A DNA stretch of 64,000 nucleotides from Octopus vulgaris. Its lineage: Eukaryota. Where the stretch lies: NCBI GenBank assembly GCA_951406725.2, contig OX597820.1, positions 31,682,001 through 31,746,000 of the forward strand. Direction: 5' to 3'. Numbering within the stretch: the stretch's first letter is position 1; each line of letters opens with the position of its first letter. Below are positions 24,573 to 35,702 of this stretch, one piece after another. Both the position numbers and the translations under genes were made by a program. The notes below the pieces were generated by a model. It saw only the letters and a program-made list of their open reading frames with translations. It did no database searches and had not been told where the DNA came from.

Positions 24573-27176
24573 GCACATCATATATGATGTGATGTGTGAA
24601 GTCGTGTGGTGTAGTGAGGAGAGGAGGGGGGGAAGGGGGGAGGAGGAGAGGGGGAGGAGAGGAGATGAGGGGGAGAGAGAGGAGGGGAGAAGGAAGGGGA
24701 GGAGAGGGGAGGAAGGAGGAAAAGAGGGAGAGGGGGAGTGAGGGAGCAGAGGGAAGGGGAAGAGGGAAGGAGGGAGGGAGAAAGAGGGAAGAAGGGAAGG
24801 GGAGTAGGGGTGAAAGGATGAAGGACTGAAGAAGTAGGGGTCGGGGGAAAGGATAGGTGAGGAGGGGGAGAGGAGGGTTAGATGAGGGGGGGGAGAGTTG
24901 AGACCAAATGGCGTATAAGAGCGAAGAGAGAAGATTAATTCCTGTTCACGGCGCAAACGGGAATCCGGATGGCCTCTGTGTAAGGACAAACCGAACACAG
25001 ATAGGTGTTGCAAGGAGTGACCGGTGGAGCGGAAATGGCGTGAGACCGGTGTGTCGTTCGCAAGGTGGATGTCACGAAGGTGTTCCGCGAACCGGTCAGC
25101 CAAGCGGCGTCCCGTTTGTCCGATGTACAAGGAATTGCAGAGAGAGCAAGAGATGCAATAGATAATATTGCTGGAGGTGCAGGTGAAGGAGTGGATGATG
25201 GGATAGGGTCGATGGTGGGTGCTAGTGAGGCGGGTGGTGTTGGAGAGGTAAGGGCAAGTGCGGCAACGTGGGCGGGAGCAGGGGAACGAGCCGGGTTGGG
25301 AGGTAGGGTCAGGGAAGGAGCTATGGACCAAAAGGTCTCGAAGGTTGTGGGCTCGTTTGAAAGAGGGGAGGGGTCGGTTAGGGAAGAGGTGTGAAGTGGA
25401 CGGGTCGGACTGGAGATGACGGAAAGCTCGAAGAATGGTGCGTTGGAGACGTAGGGTCGTGGGGTGGTAAGTGAGGGGAAAAGGGATGCGGGAGACTACA
25501 GGGCGGGTTCGGGGAGAGAGAGCAGATACACGGTCCACGGACCGTGCTCTGGCAAGGGCGGTGTGGATAGTGGTGAGGGGGTATCCACGTAGGGTGAAGT
25601 GGTGAGCCATACGTTGAGACTGAGTTTCAAAGTCATGGTCGTCACTACAGAGCCTACGTAGACGGAGGAATTGGGAATAGGGGATGGAAAGCTTGGTGTG
25701 TTCTGGGTGGGAGGAAGAGAAGTTGAGGTATGAGTGTGAGTCTGTGTGTTTGTAGTGAATGGAGGTGGTAAGAGTGGAGTGAAGAATGCTAGCCGAAATG
25801 TCGAGGAAGGAGACAGAGGTGTTGGAGATAGTGGAAGTGAAGTGGAGGGCTGGATGGAAAGATTGGACGAAAGAGAGGAAGGAATCTAGATGTTCGCGGG
25901 AGAGTGAGGTGGCAACGATAATACCGTCGATGTAACGACCATATAGTTCGGGAGTGGGACCAGTGAAATTAGAGAATATTTGGGCCTCAACATAGCCAAC
26001 GAACAGGTTCGCATAGTTGGGGCCCATTCGCGTTCCCATGGCCACTCCCGAGACCTGATGGTAGAACTCGCCCGCGAACGAGAAGCAGTTCAGAGTAAGG
26101 ACAAGTTCGGCCAGACGAATGAGTGTGGAGGTGTCAGGTACAGGGTTAGAGCGGAGGTCAAGAAAGTGTCGAAGGGCCTGCAGTCCTTCGTGGTGAGGGA
26201 TAACAGTATAGAGGCTTTGGATGTCCATAGTAAAAAGGATTTTGGAGGAGCCGGGAGGAAAGGAGAAAGAGTTGAAAAGCCGGAGAGCATGGTTGGTATC
26301 GTGGATGTGGGAGGGAAGAGATGCCACTAGGGGGGCAAGGACACGGTCGAGGTATTTAGAGATGAGCTCCGTGGGGCAGTTACAGGCGGAGACGATGGGG
26401 CGGCCAGGGTTGTTGGGTTTGTGGATTTTGGGGAGGAAGTAAATGGTGGGGGTACGTGGGGTTCGCACAATTAGGTTGGATGCGGTGCGGGGGAGACGGG
26501 AGGACGAGATGAGGTCGTGGACAGTAGAGGATACCGTCTGTTGGTAGCTACGTGTGGGGTTAGAGGGCAGAGGGGAATAGAAGGAGGTGTCATTGAGTTG
26601 GCGGAAAGCCTCGGCCCTATAGAGGTCCGCGCGCCACACCACTACAGCTCCACCCTTGTCAGCCGGTTTGATGATAATGTCAGCGCGCCGTTGGAGGGAA
26701 CGGAGAGCCAAGAGCTCAGCCGGGGAGATGTTGAGGCGGCGTTGGCGCCTGGAGAAGTTGAACCGCTCCAATGCACGCTGACAAGCGCCCGCCAAAAGAT
26801 CCACTGCTAGGATCTGGCCAGGGGCAGGCGTCCACGGGGATGGTCGGCGGCCCAGGCCAGTGAAGCAGTCCTCTTCGTTGGGTGTGGGTGGCGAGTCGTG
26901 GTAATGCGCACCCAACCGGACACGGCGCACAAAGCTGTGGACATCAACTCGCGTCTGGAATTCCTTACAGGATGGAGTGAGGGGGATGAAACGCAGACCC
27001 CTACCAAGGACGGAGCGTTCAGCCGCAGAGAGGGGAAGACCGGGGGGAATGGTAACAACAGACGGAAGTGGAGAAGGGGTGGGTGGAATAGAAGTAGGAG
27101 GGGTGGTAGGTCTCGTGGAGGTCTGAGGGGGAGGGATTGGGGAGGTGTGTGGGGGTGGTTGGGCGGGGCAGTAGGG
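24549..27176 (-). CDS. PLE reverse transcriptase plus C-terminal GIY-YIG endonuclease (probably inactive)
   Basis: Frame is open from 27176 (LSAAERSVLGRGLRFIP) through IIKPADKGGAVVVW, LPKIHKP, GRPIVS, MDIQSLYT, GVAMGTRMGPNYANLF, RYIDG, FLD, CSRPRCRTC and IIYCISC...LYIGQTGR. Confidence 0.9.
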   Translation of the reverse strand, partial: PYCPAQPPPHTSPIPPPQTSTRPTTPPTSIPPTPSPLPSVVTIPPGLPLSAAERSVLGRGLRFIPLTPSCKEFQTRVDVHSFVRRVRLGAHYHDSPPTPNEEDCFTGLGRRPSPWTPAPGQILAVDLLAGACQRALERFNFSRRQRRLNISPAELLALRSLQRRADIIIKPADKGGAVVVWRADLYRAEAFRQLNDTSFYSPLPSNPTRSYQQTVSSTVHDLISSSRLPRTASNLIVRTPRTPTIYFLPKIHKPNNPGRPIVSACNCPTELISKYLDRVLAPLVASLPSHIHDTNHALRLFNSFSFPPGSSKILFTMDIQSLYTVIPHHEGLQALRHFLDLRSNPVPDTSTLIRLAELVLTLNCFSFAGEFYHQVSGVAMGTRMGPNYANLFVGYVEAQIFSNFTGPTPELYGRYIDGIIVATSLSREHLDSFLSFVQSFHPALHFTSTISNTSVSFLDISASILHSTLTTSIHYKHTDSHSYLNFSSSHPEHTKLSIPYSQFLRLRRLCSDDHDFETQSQRMAHHFTLRGYPLTTIHTALARARSVDRVSALSPRTRPVVSRIPFPLTYHPTTLRLQRTILRAFRHLQSDPSTSHLFPNRPLPSFKRAHNLRDLLVHSSFPDPTSQPGSFPCSRPRCRTCPYLSNTTRLTSTHHRPYPIIHSFTCTSSNIIYCISCSLCNSLYIGQTGRRLADRFAEHLRDIHLANDTPVSRHFRSTGHSLQHLSVFGLSLHRGHPDSRLRREQELIFSLRSYTPFGLNSPPPHLTLLSPSSPILSPDPYFFSPSSFHPYSPSLLPSFSLPPSLFPFPLLPHSPSPSFPPSSPLLPFLLPSSLSPSSPLLPLSSSPLPPLLSSLHHTTSHITSYMMCHTNTYTN

Positions 27177-27197
27177 TTAGGTGTAGGTGGATGGAGC

Positions 27198-27734
27198 CTA
27201 TCGGGAGGGGAGAAGGTGGGGTGGGGAGGGTTGATGGGGAGGAGTTGGGGTAGTGGCGTCGGGTAGGGTGGAATGGAAGAGTGATTGGAGTTTACGAAGT
27301 TTGGTATCAGAAAGAAATTGATGGAAGAGTTGATTCAAATGGATAATGAAGCGTAGCGTGTTTGGAGCATAGAGAGGCGGCAGAGAGGAGAAGAAGGTGG
27401 AGAAAGCAGGAGGAAGAAGGCGGTTGATGGCATGTAGTTTGGAGAGATTGGAGCGAATGGTGGCCCGCATAAGGCGGTAAGATGTGGTGCGGAGTATGGG
27501 TAAGATGGAAGAATCCGAGTGGAGAGCAGGGTGGAAGTGGAGGCGGAAACCTTTAGGGATGAGTCGGTGATGTAGGCAGCGGCTTAGGAAAGAGACATGG
27601 CTAGAGAAGCGGTTTTTTTTAAAAAGAAGTAGAGAGAGATTAACGGACGGCTGAAAGCAATATACAGGAAGAGAACGGAGATGATCCTTCAAACGGTGAT
27701 GGAGGGTGAGGAGGTAGGACCTAGGATCCGGCAT
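27198..27734 (-). CDS. PLE N-terminal region, separated from the RT ORF by stops
   Basis: MPDPRSY...HVSFLSRCLHHRLIPKGFRL...DTKLRKL; same frame as the RT ORF. Confidence 0.7.
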   Translation of the reverse strand: MPDPRSYLLTLHHRLKDHLRSLPVYCFQPSVNLSLLLFKKNRFSSHVSFLSRCLHHRLIPKGFRLHFHPALHSDSSILPILRTTSYRLMRATIRSNLSKLHAINRLLPPAFSTFFSSLPPLYAPNTLRFIIHLNQLFHQFLSDTKLRKLQSLFHSTLPDATTPTPPHQPSPPHLLPSR

Positions 27735-27960
27735 GATGGGATAGCGGAAAAAAAACGTTCGAAAAAACAAAAAAAAAAAAAACAAAACAAAAAACAAAAA
27801 TTATCGTATGAAAAAAATAGAAAAAAAGGGAAAAAACAAACGTTCAAAAAAACAAAAAATAATAATCGTATGAAAAAACTAGATAAGTAAGCGATAGGGG
27901 CAGAAAAGACGGGGCAAACGAAAAAGGGAAAGAAAGAAGGGAAGCAGAGAGAGGGGGAGG

Positions 27961-28023
<63 letters not shown>

Positions 28024-28099
28024 GGATAGCGGTACAACGATGCACCAATATTTACTGGAAATAGCAGTCGATAATATACGACGCTATAGTAAAGCTTTC

Positions 28100-28133
<34 letters not shown>

Positions 28134-28134
28134 T

Positions 28135-28211
<77 letters not shown>

Positions 28212-28305
28212 TGTACTGGCAAAGATGTTTGCGGGCGACGAACATAAAAAATTTCATCTTACCTGTAGGAAGAATATTAAATAAACGTACAATCCAGATG
28301 TAGAT

Positions 28306-28381
28306 AATCTAGGATTTAGGTTTCGGACTTACCAGATTACGTTTGTTAACGTAAATTTAATTAGTTCTCTTCAGCTAGATT
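28306..28381 (-). ncRNA. Type I hammerhead motif
   Basis: Minus strand: AATCTAG-CTGAAGA-GAACT...AGTCC-GAAA-CCTAAA-TC-CTAGATT; perfect 7-bp stem I. Confidence 0.7.
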
Positions 28382-28395
28382 CACGTCTTTGCTAG

Positions 28396-28464
<69 letters not shown>

Positions 28465-28722
28465 AATGAAGCTTTACTGTAGTGTCGTATATTATCGACT
28501 ACTATTTCCAGTAAATTATTGGTGCATTGTTGTACCTCTGTCCTATATTTATACTTTGACCTCATGGTGCCTTGTTTTACTGGGAAGCAATACTATTGTA
28601 TTGCACTATTTAATAATTTTTTTAATGAAAACTATTTCACTGTCCTCGGTCTATTAACGGCCAAGCGTTCAGACGAGTAATACTGGCATTGATGTAGCGA
28701 CATTTGAAATTTTGTCTAGGTG

Positions 28723-28795
28723 AATATAGCCGAAGAGAAGTGATCAAATTTACGTTAAACATAATTTAGAAAGTTCTAAATCTAGGTCCTAGATT
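28723..28795 (+). ncRNA. Decayed inverted twin of the 28306-28381 hammerhead
   Basis: AATATAG-CCGAAGA-GAAGT...AGTTC-TAAA-TCTAG-GTC-CTAGATT. Confidence 0.55.
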
Positions 28796-28986
28796 AATCC
28801 ACATCTGGATAGTACATTTATTCAATGTTCTTCCTGCAGGTAATATATATATATATATATATATATATTGGCCTGCTCGCTTAGCCAGCGGGGTGGCGTC
28901 ATTCGAAGGCTAAAACAATGCGAACGCATTGTGACCAGCGATGTGTAACCACATCTGATGGACTGGTCGGTCACGTGATGATGATG

Positions 28987-29028
<42 letters not shown>

Positions 29029-29029
29029 T

Positions 29030-29655
29030 ATATGGGTACAGGACGTCACCAACAGTAAACAGCATGAAATACGCAAACAACGAGAACAAATGGAAAACAG
29101 GACAAGTAACACATCAGTTGTAGGCTTTCTATCTACTCCTCATCTCAAGTATTGAACGACAATATGGGCCTTCGAAGACAGTTATTCCTATAAATACCAA
29201 AATAAAATTTTGGATTTATGGAGGGCCAAAGCTGGTAACAAAAACAGATATACAAGGAAACCGAAGGAAAACAAACATGGAGGGTCGTTAGACCAGAACG
29301 AGGGTAAAGTAGCGAACGCTGGAGAAATATTTTCTTTGAAAAGAGAAAAGATAGAAGGCATCCAGTCCTTAGGACGTCCTGGAGGAAAAGAAAGATGATC
29401 AAGTGAGGAAAAGAACGTTGGACGATGGTGACGTGTGAGCAACAAGTGAGAGAAAAAGAGAAAGAAGAAGAGAGAGAAAGAAAGAGAGTGAGACAGATAG
29501 AAAACGGCAAAGGGGAGTAAAAGGGAATTAGAGAAGGATGGAGGAGAAAGCACTATAGAACAGAGTCGGATCAAAAAGGTTAAGATAAACTTATCTGGAA
29601 ATGGATGCGTGGCGTTCAGTTAAATAATAATAATAATAACAATAATAATAATAAC

Positions 29656-29743
<88 letters not shown>

Positions 29744-30185
29744 TATATATACACACATGGGTACAGGATATCACCAACGGTAGACAACATGAACAACGAA
29801 AATAAATGAGTTAAATACGCAAAAAATGAGAAACAAAATGTAGAAAACATGACAAGTAACACAAAGAACGACCCTTCATCAGTTGTAGGCTGTCTATCTA
29901 CTCCTCATTTGGAGCATTGAACGACAATATGAGTCTTTGAAGGCAGTTGCTCAGGCAAAACCAAAATAAAATTTGGGATTTGCGGAGGGCCAAAGTTGGT
30001 AACAAGAACAGAACAGTGGAGACATACAAGGAAACCGAACATAAACAATTATGGAGGGTCGTTAGACAAGACGAAGCTAAAATAACGAAAGCTGGAGAAA
30101 TATTTTCTTTGACAAGGGAAAAGAAGACAGCCCTGAACGAAAAGAAAGATGATACGATTTGTGACGTCCTGTACCCACATATGCA
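29030..30185 (-). mobile_element. Non-coding repeat family P (tandem unit plus partial repeat), probable non-autonomous PLE
   Basis: 29030-29620 and 29757-30150 are direct repeats; 30161-30185 is an inverted terminal piece; homologues at 42790-43625, 51735-52030 and 57553-57775. Confidence 0.7.
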
Positions 30186-30231
30186 TATATATATAGAGCA
30201 GAACGAGGATAAAATAGCGAACCCATGTATA

Positions 30232-30347
<116 letters not shown>

Positions 30348-30566
30348 ACAAAAAATACATACAGAAAAATTATATCTTAATTATAGATCTCACTTTATAA
30401 ATCCCAGTTTCGATATTAGCCAATAATGGATTATAAAATGGAATCCTTCGGGATGTAAGTACTTGCTTCACATCATTAAGATCTGTATTAAAATGAACAT
30501 CACTATTACTCTTCTTATCGAAGCAGTATGTATGTATGTATGTATGTATGTATGTATGTATGTATA

Positions 30567-33500
30567 TTATTACAACACCACCACAACCACCAATATCTCA
30601 AACAAGGAATCCCCAAATCTGCCGCTATTCCCAGCGAGACAGATTGTGTTTGCACAGGGATTGCCCCTTTACCCATCTCCCGGGGACTCGTCGGACAAAT
30701 GACATAAATAAAAATAAAAGCAAAAAAACCTACGACTCATATAGAAATAACCACTCATATAAAAATAACCACAACCACAGTCACCTACAGTTCCCTAGAC
30801 AGGAAACCTCTTTTTTAGCTATAATGAATCTAGCAAAAGAACTGGAAAAAAACATCCGAGCTATCACCCACCACCATCCACCACTATTACCCCACTGCAC
30901 ATGCCATTAAAAAGCAATCAAATAAACAAATCACCAAAACAATTAAAACCATCCACTCTCGCCTCAACATTTTTGCTTAATGCCCAAGGCATCAGCCCTT
31001 CCACCAATACACAAAAATGGAAGATAAGATTCCTGGAGGACTGGGTCGAGGCCCATCCAAACCACATCCCTTTCTTCGTCCTCACTGAAACCTATCTTAG
31101 TAACCTTCACTTGGAAGCCGAGGTGAAAGTTAAAAATTTCAAAGCCATTCGTGCTGATCGTGCTGGCAGAAGAAAGGGTGGGACTGCCATTTGTGTTCAT
31201 GATTCATTCTCAACAGAAGCTATGAACATATTTTCCAATGGATACTGCGAAGTAGTCGCTGTATTCAGTCAAACCAACAACTTAACAGTAGTTGGGCTCT
31301 ACAGACCACCCCAAACGCCTCTACCATGCTTCAAGGAATGCCTCAACAACATAAAGTGTTTCATTCAGCAGTGTCAACCAAAAAACATTTTAATGATGGG
31401 AGACTTCAACCTTCCCGGGGTTGACTGGTCTACAAACAGTCTGCCGCCAGGTTCTTCTCTCTCAACCCCTGACAGGGAGGCAGTGGAATCGCTTCTTGAC
31501 TTCATGGATGATTTCTTCCTGTCCCAACTGGTACTCGAACCAACGAGACGTCATAAAAACGTCTTAGACTTAATTTTCAGCAATCACACTGATACTATCC
31601 ACAATATTGCAGTGGAGAAAACCCTACTCTCTGATCATGACATGGTTCTCTGTGATCTGAGATTTCACTGGCCAAAATGCAAAACAAATGTCATCCCTCC
31701 TGTTCATCCATTTGACACTATGGATTTCCACAATGCAAACTGGGAAGCGATCAATAATGATCTTGCACAAGTCGATTGGTCCTTCACGCACACATACACG
31801 CCCACTAACATCAAAAAGTCCTGGCAGTCATTTGTAGACACCATTACGAACATATGTGCAAAACACACCCCATTAAGATCTGCAAACAAATCTAAGTGTC
31901 GAATCCCTAGAAATAGAAAATCTCTCATCAGGAAAATTAAAAGAATTAACAAAAAAATCAACAAGCTGAAATACTGTCAACAGGAACACACCAACCTGAC
32001 TGCCATCTCGTTGCTAGAGATTAAAAAACATAAACTCCAAAACAACATGATGTCTATCATCAATAGTCAGCGAAGAGCTGAAGAGGCCTGGGCCATTGAG
32101 AAGATCAAACTCAATCCCAAAGTGTTCTTTTCATTTGCAAAAAAACACAGAGTCACTGGTTCTACTGTTGGCCCTCTGATTGATGAAAATGGTACTCTTC
32201 AAGACAATGCCAAAACCATGGGAGAGATATTGCAGAAACAATATTGCTCTGTTTTCAGCAATCCTGATATGACTGATCTGGGCTGTATCAGTGATGTTAC
32301 TTCCCAATACACTTTATCAGACATAACCTTTGGCGCTCCTGATGTCTTAGCAGCAATAAAGGAAATGAAGCATAATTCAGCAGTAGGTCCCGATAGGTTC
32401 CCTGCTTGTGTCTTGAAGATGTGTCAAAACCAACTTGCACCCCCTCTAGCCAATCTGTGGCGGAACTCACTGGATGCTGGATATATACCAGAAGACCTTC
32501 TATCCCAGTCTGTTGTCCCAGTTTTCAAAAAAGGAAACAAATCGCTTGCCGTGAATTACCGTCCAATCTCACTCACCTCTCATATCATTAAGGTATTTGA
32601 GAGAGTGCTGAGATCGCGTATGACTCACTTCCTTGAGAGTCATAATATGCTGAACTCCAACCAGCATGGATTCCGTAATGGGAGAGATTGCCTGACGCAG
32701 CTACTGCATCATTTTGATGACATTTTGAGAGCCTTGGGAGAGGGTTCCAACACTGATGTCATCTACCTTAATTTCAGCAAGGCCTTTGACAGGGTTGATC
32801 ATAAGATCCTTCTGAGAAAGCTGTCCAATATTGGTGTCACTGGAAAGCTGCTGCAGTGGATCAAGTGCTTCCTGTCTAACAGAACCCAACATGTTGTAGT
32901 CGGAGTCAAATCCAGCCCAGCCAAAGTCAGCAGTGGTGTCCCACAAGGCACTGTGTTTGGCCCACTTCTCTTCATCATCTACATAAATGATATTACTGAC
33001 ACCATCAAACACAGTAACATCAGAACCTTCGCTGATGATTCCAAGCTCCAGAAGGTCATCAATGGCGTGGATGACCGAATAAGCCTTCAGTCAGACCTGC
33101 TGGCCGTTGTCCAATGGGCGGAAAAGAATAACATGTTGCTAAACGAAGACAAATTCGAACTGATCCACTTTGGAAGGGAGGACGCTCTGAAACTCCCATA
33201 CTCCCTTCCTTCTGGAGAAATTCTCATGGCATCCAACAACATCAGAGACTTGGGAGTAACAGTGGACAACAACATAAGCTGGGCTACACATATAAGCAGC
33301 AAAGTTGACATGGCCCGCAGAATGTGTTCCTGGATTCTCAGAACCTTCCAGTCGAGAGATTCCCACACTATCATCCTTCTCTTCTCCACTTTTGTCCGAC
33401 CCCACCTTGAATACTGCTGTCCACTGTGGTCTCCCTACATAAAACAAAATATTATGAGAATTGAAGCTCCCCAAAGGTCAATCACAAAAAAGATAGATGG

Positions 33501-33998
33501 CATGTCAGACCTTGACTACTGGGGTAGACTAGAGAAGCTGAAACTGTATTCACTCCAACGACGCCGTGAACGCTACATTATCTGTATGATGTGGAAAATA
33601 TTCCATCAGCACTGTTCGAATGATGTTGGCATCACCTTCAAAATACATCCAAGGCTTGGACCACATGCCATCTGTCCACAACAAAAATCTAAATCGCACC
33701 ACATAACGACAATACGGCACAACTATTTCACCTCAATTGGACCCGCTCTCTTCAACATTACACCAGGACACGTCAAAAAAGAAACTGACCACACAAAATT
33801 CAAGAAGTCTTTGGACAAATTCTTTCAAACAGTCCCGGACAAACCACCCACACCCGGATATGTCTCCGCAAACAATAACTCTCTGCTCGAATGGGCCTTG
33901 GCACCCAAATCCTGAATTGAAAGACTTCGCCAGGTGGTGCTATTAAGTTAGACATGGCCTGGGCCAATACTGGCCAAAACCTTTCTAAGTTATTCTAA

Positions 33999-34000
<2 letters not shown>
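30567..34000 (+). mobile_element. 5'-truncated CR1/L2-group LINE
   Basis: End of ORF1 with C-x8-C-x4-C-x3-H motif, ORF2, short 3' UTR and repeated TTCTAAGT tail, between (TATG)n and (TA)n. Confidence 0.92.
30901..33915 (+). CDS. LINE ORF2: APE endonuclease plus reverse transcriptase
   Basis: LNAQG, LTETYL, LYRPP, MGDFNLP, LDLIF, SDH; YRPISLTS, QHGFR, YLNFSKAFD, GVPQG, FADD, RDLGV, RPHLEYC. Confidence 0.93.
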   Translation: MPLKSNQINKSPKQLKPSTLASTFLLNAQGISPSTNTQKWKIRFLEDWVEAHPNHIPFFVLTETYLSNLHLEAEVKVKNFKAIRADRAGRRKGGTAICVHDSFSTEAMNIFSNGYCEVVAVFSQTNNLTVVGLYRPPQTPLPCFKECLNNIKCFIQQCQPKNILMMGDFNLPGVDWSTNSLPPGSSLSTPDREAVESLLDFMDDFFLSQLVLEPTRRHKNVLDLIFSNHTDTIHNIAVEKTLLSDHDMVLCDLRFHWPKCKTNVIPPVHPFDTMDFHNANWEAINNDLAQVDWSFTHTYTPTNIKKSWQSFVDTITNICAKHTPLRSANKSKCRIPRNRKSLIRKIKRINKKINKLKYCQQEHTNLTAISLLEIKKHKLQNNMMSIINSQRRAEEAWAIEKIKLNPKVFFSFAKKHRVTGSTVGPLIDENGTLQDNAKTMGEILQKQYCSVFSNPDMTDLGCISDVTSQYTLSDITFGAPDVLAAIKEMKHNSAVGPDRFPACVLKMCQNQLAPPLANLWRNSLDAGYIPEDLLSQSVVPVFKKGNKSLAVNYRPISLTSHIIKVFERVLRSRMTHFLESHNMLNSNQHGFRNGRDCLTQLLHHFDDILRALGEGSNTDVIYLNFSKAFDRVDHKILLRKLSNIGVTGKLLQWIKCFLSNRTQHVVVGVKSSPAKVSSGVPQGTVFGPLLFIIYINDITDTIKHSNIRTFADDSKLQKVINGVDDRISLQSDLLAVVQWAEKNNMLLNEDKFELIHFGREDALKLPYSLPSGEILMASNNIRDLGVTVDNNISWATHISSKVDMARRMCSWILRTFQSRDSHTIILLFSTFVRPHLEYCCPLWSPYIKQNIMRIEAPQRSITKKIDGMSDLDYWGRLEKLKLYSLQRRRERYIICMMWKIFHQHCSNDVGITFKIHPRLGPHAICPQQKSKSHHITTIRHNYFTSIGPALFNITPGHVKKETDHTKFKKSLDKFFQTVPDKPPTPGYVSANNNSLLEWALAPKS

Positions 34001-34048
<48 letters not shown>

Positions 34049-34213
34049 GAATGTGTATAGGTATGTGTGCGTATGTATATATCTAATTTTAGATTTGTAA
34101 TTTATGTATATATATATACACATACATATATATATGTGTATATATATGTATGTATATATGTGTATGTATGTATGTATCTATCTATATATATATGTGTTTG
34201 TGTGTATACATAC

Positions 34214-34245
<32 letters not shown>

Positions 34246-34559
34246 GTATGTATATATGTATGTATAAGTGTATGCATATGTATGTATACTATTGTTATTC
34301 TTATTTAGAATAATTTATTTTTTATCAATATTTTATTAAGTAATTTAATACTAAAGATTTATCAATCTGAAAGTATATTTCGAGTAAATTATCTTATAAC
34401 AACGTTTATTTAAATTCCATTATTATTATTATATTATATTATCATATTATAATTATATATTAGCTATAATTATTTGAAATAGTTAGCAAGTTTTAAATTT
34501 ATGAAAATCATAATTTTAATCATAATTACAAATTAATTTTTTAAACTTTTATTTTATAG

Positions 34560-34594
<35 letters not shown>

Positions 34595-34610
34595 CTGAAT
34601 ATATATGCAA

Positions 34611-34677
<67 letters not shown>

Positions 34678-34889
34678 GGTGTATGTATTTATGTATGTAT
34701 GTATGTATGTATGTATGTATGTATGTATGTATATATGTGTGTGTGCGTATGTGCATATATATATATGTATATATTGATATCTGAATACATGTATCTATTG
34801 ACTCATTTTTGTTTATAATTTATAAATTTTTTATATATTTGGGTAAATGAATACTGATATGTATTATGGTTTGTTATGTGTATATATGT

Positions 34890-34931
<42 letters not shown>

Positions 34932-34996
34932 ATATGTGTGTATATCTATCTACGTATGTATAGATAGGTATTATATATATATATATATATGTGTGT

Positions 34997-35068
<72 letters not shown>

Positions 35069-35536
35069 TATAAGCTTTACGATGTTATATTCCTCTGATA
35101 AACTAAGTAATTTTTATTTATTTATGTTAAAATTAATAGAGATAAAAATTATTCTTGCATAAATAATATTTATTGGACACCATTTTAAAAACATACTTAG
35201 TAAATTACTTTTGTGAGATTTTTCCCCTGAAAGGCTAATTAATTTTAATTTTAATTTTAGCATTATTATTTTATGAACTCCTTATGATTAATTTTTTTGA
35301 ATACCTGCCTAATTCAGCGTTTATTTAATTTCTACGATAATAATGTTATTATGATAATACTTTTTAGAAAGTTTCTTATATAAACTACATAATTTTTAAT
35401 TATTAATCTTTGATTTTTAGCAACGATTATTATATATTATTAATGCAATGTAATTTATAATATTATTTGCTATTTGATCAGAGACAATATGGTATTTTAA
35501 ATATGTTATTTTGCTATTTGCCCATAAATAAATAGC

Positions 35537-35702
35537 ATATTTTGTTGTGTCTGGGGAGAGTCATTCTCTTTTAGTGCCTTATTCGCCGGTAAAGTTTCTA
35601 CTTATTTACTTATTTATTTTTCTAAAAGTTTCGTTGCGTCTTGCAACCTTTTCAACATAAGGCACTAAAAGAGAATGACTCTTCCCAGGCACAACAGAAT
35701 AT
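35537..35702. repeat. 46-bp inverted repeat enclosing an HHR-like core
   Basis: Arms 35537-35582 and 35657-35702; the spacer on the minus strand reads TTGAAAA-G-GTTGC(AAGAC)GCAAC-GAAA-CTTT. Confidence 0.8.

Larger units (their letters stand above)
23931..27962 (-). mobile_element. Near-complete Neptune-type Penelope-like element inserted in (TA)n
   Basis: N-terminal, RT and GIY-YIG coding regions; 3' region with tandem repeats and HHR; (TA)n on both sides. Confidence 0.92.

Noticed and set aside
24553-27266. Plus-strand ORFs antisense to the PLE
   Set aside because: Shadows of the C-rich PLE coding strand with no motifs.
28665-28705. Extra hammerhead at CAGACGAG...GTAGCGACA
   Set aside because: Both core boxes are mutated and no stem I is evident.
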